Source: Candidatus Hodarchaeota archaeon
Lineage (GTDB): Archaea > Asgardarchaeota > Lokiarchaeia > Sigyniarchaeales > SOKP01
Assembly: GCA_048886685.1 (NCBI GenBank)
Contig: JBHLKM010000001.1
Coordinates: forward strand, 1 to 64,000
DNA: 64,000 nucleotides
Direction: 5' to 3'
This document shows positions 10,742 to 19,706 of this stretch, piece after piece. Within the stretch, counting starts at the first letter, position 1, and each line of letters begins with the position of its first letter. Under the pieces are notes generated by a model that saw only the letters and a list, made by a program, of their open reading frames with translations, made no database searches and was not told the origin of the DNA. A program made the position numbers and the translations under genes.

Positions 10742-11476
10742 ATTACTGATTATATCCAGGATAAGGAAAGGATTTCCTTATATGTATCAAAAGAAATTAA
10801 AGAAGAATGGCAAGCATTTGCTAAAAATAATGATTTTACAACTCTATCGAAATTGATTAGAGAAGCTTTAAAATTCTTTATTCAATGCAAAGGATTGGAT
10901 CTTTCTAATCTTTCTCATGATTTGAAAGAACCCTTAACCTCAATCAAGGGATATTTACAATTAATTATTGAAACATATGGAGATTCAATAGAAAGTAATG
11001 TTTTATCCACATTGAAAAGTGTACTTAACCAATGTTTAATTTTAGAGAATAAAATTGTAGAATATTTAGATAAATTTGAAATAGAAGAAGAGGGTATAGA
11101 TCAAAAAATTGAATATGATATACTCCTAGTGGAAGATGATCAGGAGACTGTTAATTTGTTGGTAAGTTACTTCGAATCGATGGGAGTTTCATGTAAGGGA
11201 GTTTTAAGCGGTTTTAAAGGCCTAAAAGAGTTAAAAAGATATATACCAAAACTGATTTTACTTGACATCATTTTACCAGATATTAATGGATATGAGATAT
11301 TAAAAAGAATCAGAGCAGATGAAAAATTAAAAAAAATTCCCGTGTTTTTTCTCACAGCTATACCAAGTGTAGAAGTAGAGAAAAAATCATTAGATCTAGG
11401 AGTAACAGGTTCGATTTTAAAACCTTTTAATTTAACTGATTTTGATGTGATTTATAAGTATTTGGAAAAAAAATAG
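10742..11476 (+). CDS. RHH-like DNA-binding + HisKA + receiver fusion regulator (extended to an ATT start; ORF track starts at 10853)
   Basis: In-frame extension ITDYIQDKERISLYVSKEIKEEWQAFAKNNDFTTLSKLIREAL looks like a ribbon-helix-helix. Followed by SHDLKEPLTSIKGY and a REC domain (ILLVEDD, LILLDIILPDINGY, KPF). AGGTG lies 6 nt before the ATT, and there is an in-frame TAA at 10736. Confidence 0.8.
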   Translation: MTDYIQDKERISLYVSKEIKEEWQAFAKNNDFTTLSKLIREALKFFIQCKGLDLSNLSHDLKEPLTSIKGYLQLIIETYGDSIESNVLSTLKSVLNQCLILENKIVEYLDKFEIEEEGIDQKIEYDILLVEDDQETVNLLVSYFESMGVSCKGVLSGFKGLKELKRYIPKLILLDIILPDINGYEILKRIRADEKLKKIPVFFLTAIPSVEVEKKSLDLGVTGSILKPFNLTDFDVIYKYLEKK

Positions 11477-11766
11477 CAGCACAACTATATTCTTTATTAT
11501 TTTTTTACGAGTTTTTATTATCTTAACGAGTAAGGGAATTATTTTTTGCTTATTAGTAGTCTATTTTTTCTCGCTTTAAAAAAAAAGGAGAGACTTCAAA
11601 TATATTAATTTTGGTTAATCTTTTAACAACGCTTTTGATTTGAAAGATGAAAATATTATTTGTGGTAAAAAAGTATAATTATTATCAAAAAAAGATTTAA
11701 ATACTAATAAGGTGATTACTTTATTAGTACAAAAATGTAATTTAGCACAAAAATAACTTAATTCAA

Positions 11767-12228
11767 ATGATAAATTTAGATAATAACCAAGATTTAGATT
11801 GGGAAACGATGGTTCCAAAAGCAAAAGGATTGATTGGTTTTCTAGTTCTAGATAAAACAGGTTTATTATATTTTTCAAAAGTTAAAAAAAATAGAATAAA
11901 TTTAGCAGAAAATATTTTTCAAATAGCGGGATTTATTTCAGCTTTATTGATTTATTCACAAGATCTTATTGGTGAACAAAACGCAGGGTTAAAGCATAAA
12001 GATATAAATCTTGGTGATTATCATATGTTCTTTAAAACTAGAGACAACATAATTTTTGCATATATAGTTGAAAAATATGAGTGTACCGAAAATATTGAAG
12101 AATGTATGAAGGTTGTTATAGAGAAGTTCTTAAACACATATTATTATTCTCATCTGGTAGAGTTTAAGGGTGATTTGAGTCCATTCAATAATTTTGAAAT
12201 TATAATTGATCGATATTTTGAGATGTAA
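11767..12228 (+). CDS. Longin/roadblock-like fold protein
   Basis: FLVLDKTGLLYFS...IAGFISAL...F pattern resembles Asgard longin-like domains (pattern recognition only). Confidence 0.55.
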   Translation: MINLDNNQDLDWETMVPKAKGLIGFLVLDKTGLLYFSKVKKNRINLAENIFQIAGFISALLIYSQDLIGEQNAGLKHKDINLGDYHMFFKTRDNIIFAYIVEKYECTENIEECMKVVIEKFLNTYYYSHLVEFKGDLSPFNNFEIIIDRYFEM

Positions 12229-12300
12229 AAAATCAGAAATTTTGAAAAAAAATGTCTTTTAAATCATTCAACTTTAATTAAATATAAATATTGTGAGATT

Positions 12301-12726
12301 TTGAATAGTAATAGTAGATTTCACCAAAAATTATATATAAACAAACCAATAATTAATATCACAATGACTGCAACTGCAACTCTTGAAGTTGACTTAGTTC
12401 TAGATAAATTAATAAAAGAATTTGGAGAAAGTGGGCTATATTTCGTACTAATCACGTCTGAAAATGGAGCAATAATTAAATCATATATTAACCAAGAATT
12501 TAATAAAACTTCAATAGGGTTAAATATGTCTCAACTGTATGAATTGGCCGAAGAAATAACTTCGGAAATTGGAGTACATAATCCAGATTTTAATGTTATC
12601 CATTCTGACAATTTTTATATACTTTCAATTAAGATTCTAGGGAAGATAATAATTACCTTGGTGGAAGATCAACTCAATTTCTCTCGGATTTTTGAAATAA
12701 TAAACAGTTGTATAATTACAAACTAA
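12301..12726 (+). CDS. Roadblock/LAMTOR-like protein (start probably the ATG at 12364)
   Basis: YFVLITSENGAIIKS followed by a helix and beta-strands is a roadblock-type pattern. Confidence 0.55.
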   Translation: MNSNSRFHQKLYINKPIINITMTATATLEVDLVLDKLIKEFGESGLYFVLITSENGAIIKSYINQEFNKTSIGLNMSQLYELAEEITSEIGVHNPDFNVIHSDNFYILSIKILGKIIITLVEDQLNFSRIFEIINSCIITN

Positions 12727-12866
12727 TTTTCAAGGATCTTTTATTGTTTCCATCTTATTTTGAAGAGACACATTTGTAAAAGCAGTTTTTTTATAAAATA
12801 AAGCAAATTTTTATAAATCCTCGTACTGAATTACTAAATTAATACAACAATTTAGGAAGAAATGAA

Positions 12867-13349
12867 ATGAAGTATGAAAAAAACCAATACTCAGAATCCT
12901 TCTCAGTATGCACTTTAATTATTGCTGGAGCATTTTTATATTGGGGGATAAGTAGTTTTATCCCTTGGGATAAGTGGTCATGGTGGGGATTTATTTCAAC
13001 TGGAATTGGTATAGCTATTCTTGTTGGACAAATCTTAGCAATAGCTAACAGAAGCAAATTAAGAAACGTAGTGTTGGCTGAATTTCAGGAAAATCCGGAA
13101 GTAACAGTGGAATTAGTTAGTAAAAATACAGGAATTAGCAGAAAAGATATTCAAGCGATAATTCTAGATCTAAAGGCTTCGGGTCAATTAAAAGCAAAAT
13201 TTAATTCCCAAACTGGTCAGGTTAAACATCTTTTAACAGAAGAAAAAGAGCTAACTCCAGGAGAACGACCAAATTTCTGTTCTAATTGTGGTACTCCCAT
13301 TACTAAAGAATCAGCTCAATATTGTGCCTATTGTGGTGGGAAGATTTAA
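12867..13349 (+). CDS. 2-TM protein with a winged-helix/PCI-like domain and a C-terminal zinc ribbon
   Basis: Two TM segments, then IILDLKASGQLKAKFNSQTGQV, then CSNCG...CAYCG. Confidence 0.7.
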   Translation: MKYEKNQYSESFSVCTLIIAGAFLYWGISSFIPWDKWSWWGFISTGIGIAILVGQILAIANRSKLRNVVLAEFQENPEVTVELVSKNTGISRKDIQAIILDLKASGQLKAKFNSQTGQVKHLLTEEKELTPGERPNFCSNCGTPITKESAQYCAYCGGKI

Positions 13350-13420
13350 AAAACTTTTTTTCCATTATTATAAATTCTATTGGTTAAATGTAAAAAATAA
13401 AAAGAATACTATAGTTCATT

Positions 13421-14059
13421 CTATTTTATTTCAATTACTTTCTTATCTTTAGTTTCAGCAGTTTTTTTAGGAATAATAAGCTTTAACACTCCATTTTTGA
13501 AACTTGCATCAATTCCTTCAGAATTAATTTCTTCGGGTAAATGAAAACTTCGGTAGAAACTAGCTGAAATGAATTCTCTTCTCAGATAATCTCCCTTTAT
13601 TTCTTTTTCTTTTTTTTTACTTTCTTTCTCCTTTTTTTCTTTATGTTTATCTTTTTTCTCTTCTTTTTCTTTTTTCTCTTTTTTTTCGTCTTTATCTTCT
13701 TTATATTTTAGAGCTTTCTCACCTAAAATTTCTAAAATCCCTTCTTGTAAGGTGATATTGACATATTTCTTATCTAATCCAGGTAATTCAATAAAAAAAA
13801 TATATGCATCATCATTTTCGACTATATTTGCTAAAGGAGTTCTATAAATCTTCTCATCTTCAACTATTTCTATAGATTCGGCAGGTCTGATTTTAAATTT
13901 CCCCCAAATAGAATTATCTATTGTGGTGTCTTTTGATTGGTTTAAGAAAAATGTCTGCTTTCTTTTTAAACCTATTTCTTGTTGTTTCTTTTCTATTTCT
14001 ATTTCTAATTTAGTCTCTTTTTCTTCATCCTCATATTTATTATTTACATTTTCATCCAT
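13421..14059 (-). CDS. Hsp20/alpha-crystallin small heat-shock protein with a K/E-rich insertion
   Basis: ELPGLDK, FYRSFHLP, ASFKNGVLKLIIPK and a C-terminal IEI motif. Confidence 0.9.
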   Translation of the reverse strand: MDENVNNKYEDEEKETKLEIEIEKKQQEIGLKRKQTFFLNQSKDTTIDNSIWGKFKIRPAESIEIVEDEKIYRTPLANIVENDDAYIFFIELPGLDKKYVNITLQEGILEILGEKALKYKEDKDEKKEKKEKEEKKDKHKEKKEKESKKKEKEIKGDYLRREFISASFYRSFHLPEEINSEGIDASFKNGVLKLIIPKKTAETKDKKVIEIK

Positions 14060-14153
14060 CTTAATCAGATCTCCAAAAATTACAGAATAACGAAGAATAG
14101 AATAAAATAATATAAAAAGTTTTGTTTGAAAAATTGATGAAGAGATTGAAGGA

Positions 14154-15359
14154 TTATTCCTTATTTGTCTCTTTCAGGAAAAATCCTAAAATAAATAAAA
14201 TAACTATTAAGAATCCTAATAGTATCAATGCAGGGAAATAATCTCCATTATAAGTAAAATCAACCAATCCAAGGATAAATAAAATTCCCCCCATTTGGCC
14301 AACCATTAATAAGATTCCATTTGAAGATGCTTCTGGTACAGGACGTGTAATATCAACAGCGTATTCAAGAGCAACGGGTCCAGCAGATAATATTCCAAAT
14401 CCTAATAAAGAGCTGAATATGTATAATAAGATAAGATCACTAGTAAAAGCTAACCCAAATAAAGAAATCCCAGCAATTAAAACAGATGTAAGTATCAAGG
14501 TTTTACGTTTTTTGTATTTATCTGATAATGTTGACATTATAATAGCACCAATTATTCCACCTAATAACATTATTCCTCCAAGCATGCCTGCCTCCTCCGC
14601 ACCATATCCTTTTGGATCAATAATCAATTCTATATATGAAGAAATCATATTAAATGCCCCTAATCCAATAAAGAATAATATAACTAAAATTAAAAAATGC
14701 TTATTTGTGAATAGTTGTCTAAGACCTTCTGACATTAATACCTTCTCACTTATAGCTTCTTTTGATGGTGGAGTAGGGGGTTTACTTTTAGCGAAAATTA
14801 AGAATAAAATACATGAAATCAATGCAATCATACCATATATAAATAACATTAACATTAAATCATCTCCTGCAACAAGCATAGGAGTGATTATCATACCAAG
14901 AGCAATTCCAATAAATTGAGATATTAGCGATAACCCTGTAGCAGTAGTTCGTTCTGATTCTGGAAACCAATTTGAGGATAATTTTGTAATACTATTTAAT
15001 ACGAATGGTTGACCAATCGCTATTACGATTTGAAATATTAAAACTAAGGAATAATCTGTAAAAGCGAAAAATCTTAACAACCCAAATGTACCTGCTAAAG
15101 TTGCCCCAATTCCTGCCCCGATTTTAAAATCGTACTTGTCTATCAACCAAGAAGCTAAAAAAGTAATTGGAATATAAACAATCATAAATGACATTGATAG
15201 TAATAATATAAATATCTCATCTACATTATAAAATGCCATTGCTTCTAATGTTACTGCTGCAAAACTTATCCATAGAATCTGTAGTGTAATATTAACAAAC
15301 ATAAATAGTAATAATACGGTCCATCGATACCTGTAAACTTGTATATTTATTTCACTCAT
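14154..15359 (-). CDS. MFS transporter (FLVCR/SLC49-like)
   Basis: YRYRWTVL, NWFPESERTTATG, KPPTPPS and about 12 TM segments. Confidence 0.88.
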   Translation of the reverse strand: MSEINIQVYRYRWTVLLLFMFVNITLQILWISFAAVTLEAMAFYNVDEIFILLLSMSFMIVYIPITFLASWLIDKYDFKIGAGIGATLAGTFGLLRFFAFTDYSLVLIFQIVIAIGQPFVLNSITKLSSNWFPESERTTATGLSLISQFIGIALGMIITPMLVAGDDLMLMLFIYGMIALISCILFLIFAKSKPPTPPSKEAISEKVLMSEGLRQLFTNKHFLILVILFFIGLGAFNMISSYIELIIDPKGYGAEEAGMLGGIMLLGGIIGAIIMSTLSDKYKKRKTLILTSVLIAGISLFGLAFTSDLILLYIFSSLLGFGILSAGPVALEYAVDITRPVPEASSNGILLMVGQMGGILFILGLVDFTYNGDYFPALILLGFLIVILFILGFFLKETNKE

Positions 15360-15500
15360 TGAGTTAACACTTACATTAATTGATAAAAACTTTTTAATTT
15401 ATTAAATCAATTTAGACTTAAATAAATTTAAATCTTTTATTTTAGTTAACTTTTCTTATATTCTAAAATTCAAATAATAAAGGTATAAAGGTGATTTATT

Positions 15501-16523
15501 ATGGCAAACACATTTAACGCGGGAGTAATAGGAGCTGGTAGAATGGGAAAAATACACATCGAAAATATTATTCAAAATATACCAAATTTGAAGTTAAAGT
15601 TGGTTGCTGATATAAATATTGATGAAAATTTAGAAAATTGGGCTCATGAGATTGGAGTTCCAAAGCTGACTCAAGATGCAAGAGAAATTTTAGATGACTC
15701 AGAGATAAATGTTGTAGTAATTGCCTCTTCCACAGATACTCATACTAAATTAATACGAGAAGCTGCACAAGCGAAAAAAGATATATTTTGTGAGAAGCCT
15801 ATCGACACGGACTTGAAACGTATCAAAGAAACCCTCAAAATTGTCAAAAGGGAAGGAGTTAAACTTATGATTGGATTTAATAGGAGATTTGATAGAAATT
15901 TTAAAAGAGTAAAGGAAATGGTTATTTCAGGTCAAATAGGGAACCCATACATTGTAAAAGTCACTGCTCGTGATCCTGCACTCCCTCCTATTGAATATGT
16001 TAAGACATCTGGAGGGATGCTTGTTGATATGACAATTCACGACTGGGATATGGCTCGTTTTTTAGTAGGAAGTGAAATTGAGGAAGTTTACACGAGCGGT
16101 GGAGTACTTATTGATCCAGAAATAGGTAAAGCAGGAGATATAGATACTGTTGTTGTAATTTTGAAGTTTAAGAATGGTGTTATTGGAATGATTGATAATT
16201 CTCGTCAAGCAATATATGGATATGATCAGCGTGTTGAAGTGTTTGGTTCAAAAGGATGCGCCATTGCAGGAAATGAACCATCGAATACAGTGCGTTTGTA
16301 TTCCGCAGAAAAAATAAAGGAAGATAACATCCCTTACTTTTTCTTACAAAGATATATGGATTCATATGCAGCAGAATTGAAGGCTTTCATCGAATGTTTA
16401 CAGAATAACAAAGAACCATCGCCAAATGGAGAAGATGGCCTTCAAAATGTTGTAATAGCTATAGCTGCTCAAAAATCATATGAAGAGAATAGACCTGTTA
16501 AAATTTCTGAAATTGTAATATAA
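15501..16523 (+). CDS. iolG: Inositol 2-dehydrogenase (Gfo/Idh/MocA family)
   Basis: GAGRMG, IFCEKP, GFNRRFD, DMTIHDWD and YGYDQRVEVFG. Confidence 0.88.
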   Translation: MANTFNAGVIGAGRMGKIHIENIIQNIPNLKLKLVADINIDENLENWAHEIGVPKLTQDAREILDDSEINVVVIASSTDTHTKLIREAAQAKKDIFCEKPIDTDLKRIKETLKIVKREGVKLMIGFNRRFDRNFKRVKEMVISGQIGNPYIVKVTARDPALPPIEYVKTSGGMLVDMTIHDWDMARFLVGSEIEEVYTSGGVLIDPEIGKAGDIDTVVVILKFKNGVIGMIDNSRQAIYGYDQRVEVFGSKGCAIAGNEPSNTVRLYSAEKIKEDNIPYFFLQRYMDSYAAELKAFIECLQNNKEPSPNGEDGLQNVVIAIAAQKSYEENRPVKISEIVI

Positions 16524-16614
16524 TATTTGCAACAAACTTATAGAATTTTAAGCAAAATTTTTAATTTCATTGTTAATAGAAGATACAAGTTAAACACTAA
16601 TGGGTTGATGGCAC

Positions 16615-17157
16615 ATCGCATTTGATTTATCTGCCTTTAAAGTATTAATTAAGAAGATTTTTCCACCTAAAGAAAGTGTGTTTACTATCGATACTACTGG
16701 AGATGGAAAAGGAGATGCTATACAAATAAAAGTAATTAATCTACTACTTCCATTTGTAGTTCCTGAGAATATTGAGATAGGAGATTTTGATTTAAAGAGC
16801 TTTGATTTGGAAAAATTTAATTTTTCTGAATATGTAAAACTGTCGATAGATGATAAACCGATTAATATTTCAAAAAAATCTATAAATTTTGAAACGATTA
16901 AGGATCGAATCTTAATTTATCATAAGGGAGAATCATTTAAATTAGATGACATTCTTGAGGGTAAAATAGGTGGGCGAACAATAGAACTAGGAGATAGTAT
17001 TAGTATTTTAATAAAACTAGATCAAGAAGCTTTAAATATTCTAACTGAGGGAGAACATTTTTTTAAGATTGAAAGTGATTTAGTATCGAATTTTACAATC
17101 AATTTTGAACTGGATGAGACTAATATGAATTTAAAATTTGATCCCCAAAAAACATAA
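16615..17157 (+). CDS. Hypothetical protein (possible ATC start; ORF track starts at GTG 16678)
   Basis: The open frame extends to ATC GCA TTT GAT after GGGTTGA, with an in-frame TGA just upstream. Confidence 0.55.
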   Translation: MAFDLSAFKVLIKKIFPPKESVFTIDTTGDGKGDAIQIKVINLLLPFVVPENIEIGDFDLKSFDLEKFNFSEYVKLSIDDKPINISKKSINFETIKDRILIYHKGESFKLDDILEGKIGGRTIELGDSISILIKLDQEALNILTEGEHFFKIESDLVSNFTINFELDETNMNLKFDPQKT

Positions 17158-17263
17158 TTATAATTTTCTTCCATACAAACGTTTTACTTATCATTTCAGT
17201 CTCTAATTATTTATAAAGGAGTTTTTATGTTTAATTTCTGATAATAAATAGAAGGGCCTTATT

Positions 17264-17800
17264 ATGGGAGTTACTAAACTTTCTAATAGCACTGACATTA
17301 CTCCTGTAGAGGATTCAGCGAAAATCAGGTTTGTTTGCCCAGTTTGTAAATCGGAGAAAGTTTTATATTTTCCTAAATCTGTTATTACTCAATCTAAAGG
17401 TCTATCTACTATGTCAATTGCAAGCGGTTTGGTATGCGAGCACCAATTTCAAGCTTTTGTTGATAAAAATTATGTGGTTCGTGGCTATCAAAGAGTAGAT
17501 TTTGAATTTGAAAAAATTAAAGTTGAAGAAAGAAAAGTACAAACTAGAAAGGAAAAAAGGAATGATGATGAGCTTTTTGAAAACTTAATCTTAGAGGGAG
17601 ATTATCTTGAATATAATCCTAAAAGAAAGGAGGATAATGATAATCAGAATATTCACGCACTTAAAGAAAATGAAAATCACCTTGAAAAAATTTATAACGA
17701 ATTTTGGGAGTTTATCGATGAGGAGAATTCCTTATTTCAAAAGTTTATAAAAGATGATATAAGAAGAGGGTATTCATCAAAGTTTAATGTAGTTAAATAA
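17264..17800 (+). CDS. Zinc-ribbon hypothetical protein
   Basis: CPVC...CEHQFQAFVDKNYVVRGYQ. Confidence 0.65.
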   Translation: MGVTKLSNSTDITPVEDSAKIRFVCPVCKSEKVLYFPKSVITQSKGLSTMSIASGLVCEHQFQAFVDKNYVVRGYQRVDFEFEKIKVEERKVQTRKEKRNDDELFENLILEGDYLEYNPKRKEDNDNQNIHALKENENHLEKIYNEFWEFIDEENSLFQKFIKDDIRRGYSSKFNVVK

Positions 17801-17820
17801 ATATGTTAAATCATTTAGTA

Positions 17821-17980
17821 TGGCAAGGGTGGGATTTGAACCCACGATACCCAGATCTTCAGTTTCACCTCTTTCGAGAATCTCGATAGAGCTGGTGCGT
17901 TCGGGGTATTAATTTTTAATTAATCCCTTCCCGGGTTTCGCGGACCTTCATAAAGTGAAGAACCACTACGCCACCTTGCC
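17821..17980 (-). tRNA. tRNA-Phe(GAA) with three introns at 15/16 (17936-17965), 22/23 (17900-17927) and 30/31 (17864-17891)
   Basis: Removing the three BHB-bounded inserts gives GGCAAGG TG GCGT AG^CCCGGGA A^CGC A CCAG^A CTGAAGA TCTGG GTATC GTGGG TTCAAAT CCCAC CCTTGCC A, a fully paired cloverleaf. Confidence 0.9.
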
Positions 17981-18173
17981 AATGATGTTTTATCTTATTT
18001 TTTGATTAGATCTAGATTATAATCACAATTAAGATAAAGAATAAAGTACAGAATCTCATAAAAATCTTTTTAGTCTTCAAGTTTAAAAATAAGCCCTTAA
18101 GAGCCATAAATTTTCAATTTTCAATTTTCCACAATACCGATAATACTTTTTTATTTAAAAAATATAGAAAAAA

Positions 18174-18416
18174 ATGAGTGAAGTAGAAAAACTAAGAAAA
18201 GCAAAAATTGATAGTTCTGTGGGTGGTATATGCTGGATTGTAATTGGGATCATTATTATAGTTGTGAGTATAACCCTATGTTTATGGATGAGACCACGAA
18301 CAAGTGGATGGACCAGTATGCCGTTAACGAGTTTAAACCTAGTTGTCATTATTATCATTTTAGTCAACCTTGGTTATATTATTTGGAAAGCTAAGAGTGC
18401 TCAAAGGAAAAGTTAG
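18174..18416 (+). CDS. Small 2-TM hypothetical protein
   Basis: 80-aa ORF with two hydrophobic segments. Confidence 0.45.
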   Translation: MSEVEKLRKAKIDSSVGGICWIVIGIIIIVVSITLCLWMRPRTSGWTSMPLTSLNLVVIIIILVNLGYIIWKAKSAQRKS

Positions 18417-18482
18417 AAATAATAACTTATATATTCGATTTTCCGAAAGAATTTTCATATGAACCTATTGGGCTTCTAAAAA

Positions 18483-18948
18483 TTATTGAGAAGGCAATAC
18501 CGGAGCAAAGGCATTATAAAATTCCCTTGCGGTATCAAGGCTTTCCATGACAAACCTTTTTCCAAATGTGACGATAACAACATCTAAACTAGGAATCACA
18601 AAAATAAATCTACCATAAAAGCCAGTAGCCATGAACATGTCTTCAGGAGCATTAGGAATCATTCTTCCTGTATCATTTTTATATGGTCTGTGTCATTTCC
18701 CTAAGGAGTTATTTAACCATACGAGATATCCATAACCACTATTAGTTTCAAGAAAACTAGGTTTTGTCATTTCGTTGAGATATTGTTCTGATATAATTTG
18801 TTTACCATCCCATTTACCTTTATTTAGAAATAGTTGTCTCAACTTTGCTGCATCTCTGGGGGAAATCTTCATCCCATAACCAATAGGAAGATCAGTCAGA
18901 TTAGCTACTACTTTATCCCAAGAGTAATTATGAATACCTAAGGATTGA
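18483..18948 (-). pseudogene. 5'-truncated serine hydrolase / beta-lactamase class C-like relic
   Basis: Manual translation: ...LGIHNYSW...GMKISPRDAAKLRQLFLNKGKWDGKQIISEQY...GYGYLVWLNNSLGK*HRP...MATGFYGRFIFVIPSLDVVIV. Internal TGA at 18693-18695; the N-terminal SxxK half is missing. Confidence 0.8.
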
Positions 18949-18965
18949 CATGGGATTGATGAGAG

Positions 18966-19706
18966 CTACGGGCTTAATATTTTTAATTTCATTTCCATTG
19001 GTAATTTTTCACTCCCATATCTAAGAATTAAACGTGGAAGTATACCTCTATTTCTCATCAAGTATTGAAATATTATTTCAGGGTTATACTTTGAACATGT
19101 TTTCAGGAGCCATCCAATTCCCTTTTGAATGTAATCTTCTGGGTAGATAGTCATTTTTTCAACGAATTGAAACACATAATCCTCGTTGAATTCCTTATTT
19201 ATCATGACTAATTTGAGTAAAATTACCAATGATGCACGTCTAACCCATAAATTCTCTGACATCGACCAAGTCGCAATGGTTTCTTTAGCTAATTCTTCAT
19301 TTCCTTTCTTTCCTAAAAACGGTCCAATAACTCTGATCATTGTTGTATCTGTTATTGCCCATGTATCGAAGTTGTTAGGAATTAACTCTTGAATCATTTC
19401 AACTGTTTCTTTATTAAAAGACTTCTTAAATCGATTCAGAAGGAAAATGCCAGCTATTTTTTCGTCATACACATTGGTTTTTATAAGTGTTTTAAATATT
19501 TCAGAAGCTTCTTTGTAGCTCAATTGAAATTTACGATTAAGTTCTCTAATAAACTTTTCAATATCAGAATGTTTATTTCCGTATGCTACAAAATTAGGAT
19601 TGTCGGAATTCAAAATCTTATACATTCGAGATTTTTGCTCGTTGGTCAAATGAGGAGAGTTTTGTTTTAAATACACCCTAATCTCATGAATAACCTTCTC
19701 GATCAT
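18966..19706 (-). CDS. DNA alkylation repair protein (AlkD-like)
   Basis: DTWAITD, WSMSENLWVRRAS and YIQKGIGWLLK. Confidence 0.88.
   Translation of the reverse strand: MIEKVIHEIRVYLKQNSPHLTNEQKSRMYKILNSDNPNFVAYGNKHSDIEKFIRELNRKFQLSYKEASEIFKTLIKTNVYDEKIAGIFLLNRFKKSFNKETVEMIQELIPNNFDTWAITDTTMIRVIGPFLGKKGNEELAKETIATWSMSENLWVRRASLVILLKLVMINKEFNEDYVFQFVEKMTIYPEDYIQKGIGWLLKTCSKYNPEIIFQYLMRNRGILPRLILRYGSEKLPMEMKLKILSP

Noticed and set aside
18693-18695. In-frame TGA as selenocysteine or recoding
   Set aside because: The host ORF lacks its N-terminal catalytic half, the family is not a known selenoprotein family, and I saw no convincing SECIS. A TGG-to-TGA nonsense change is simpler.
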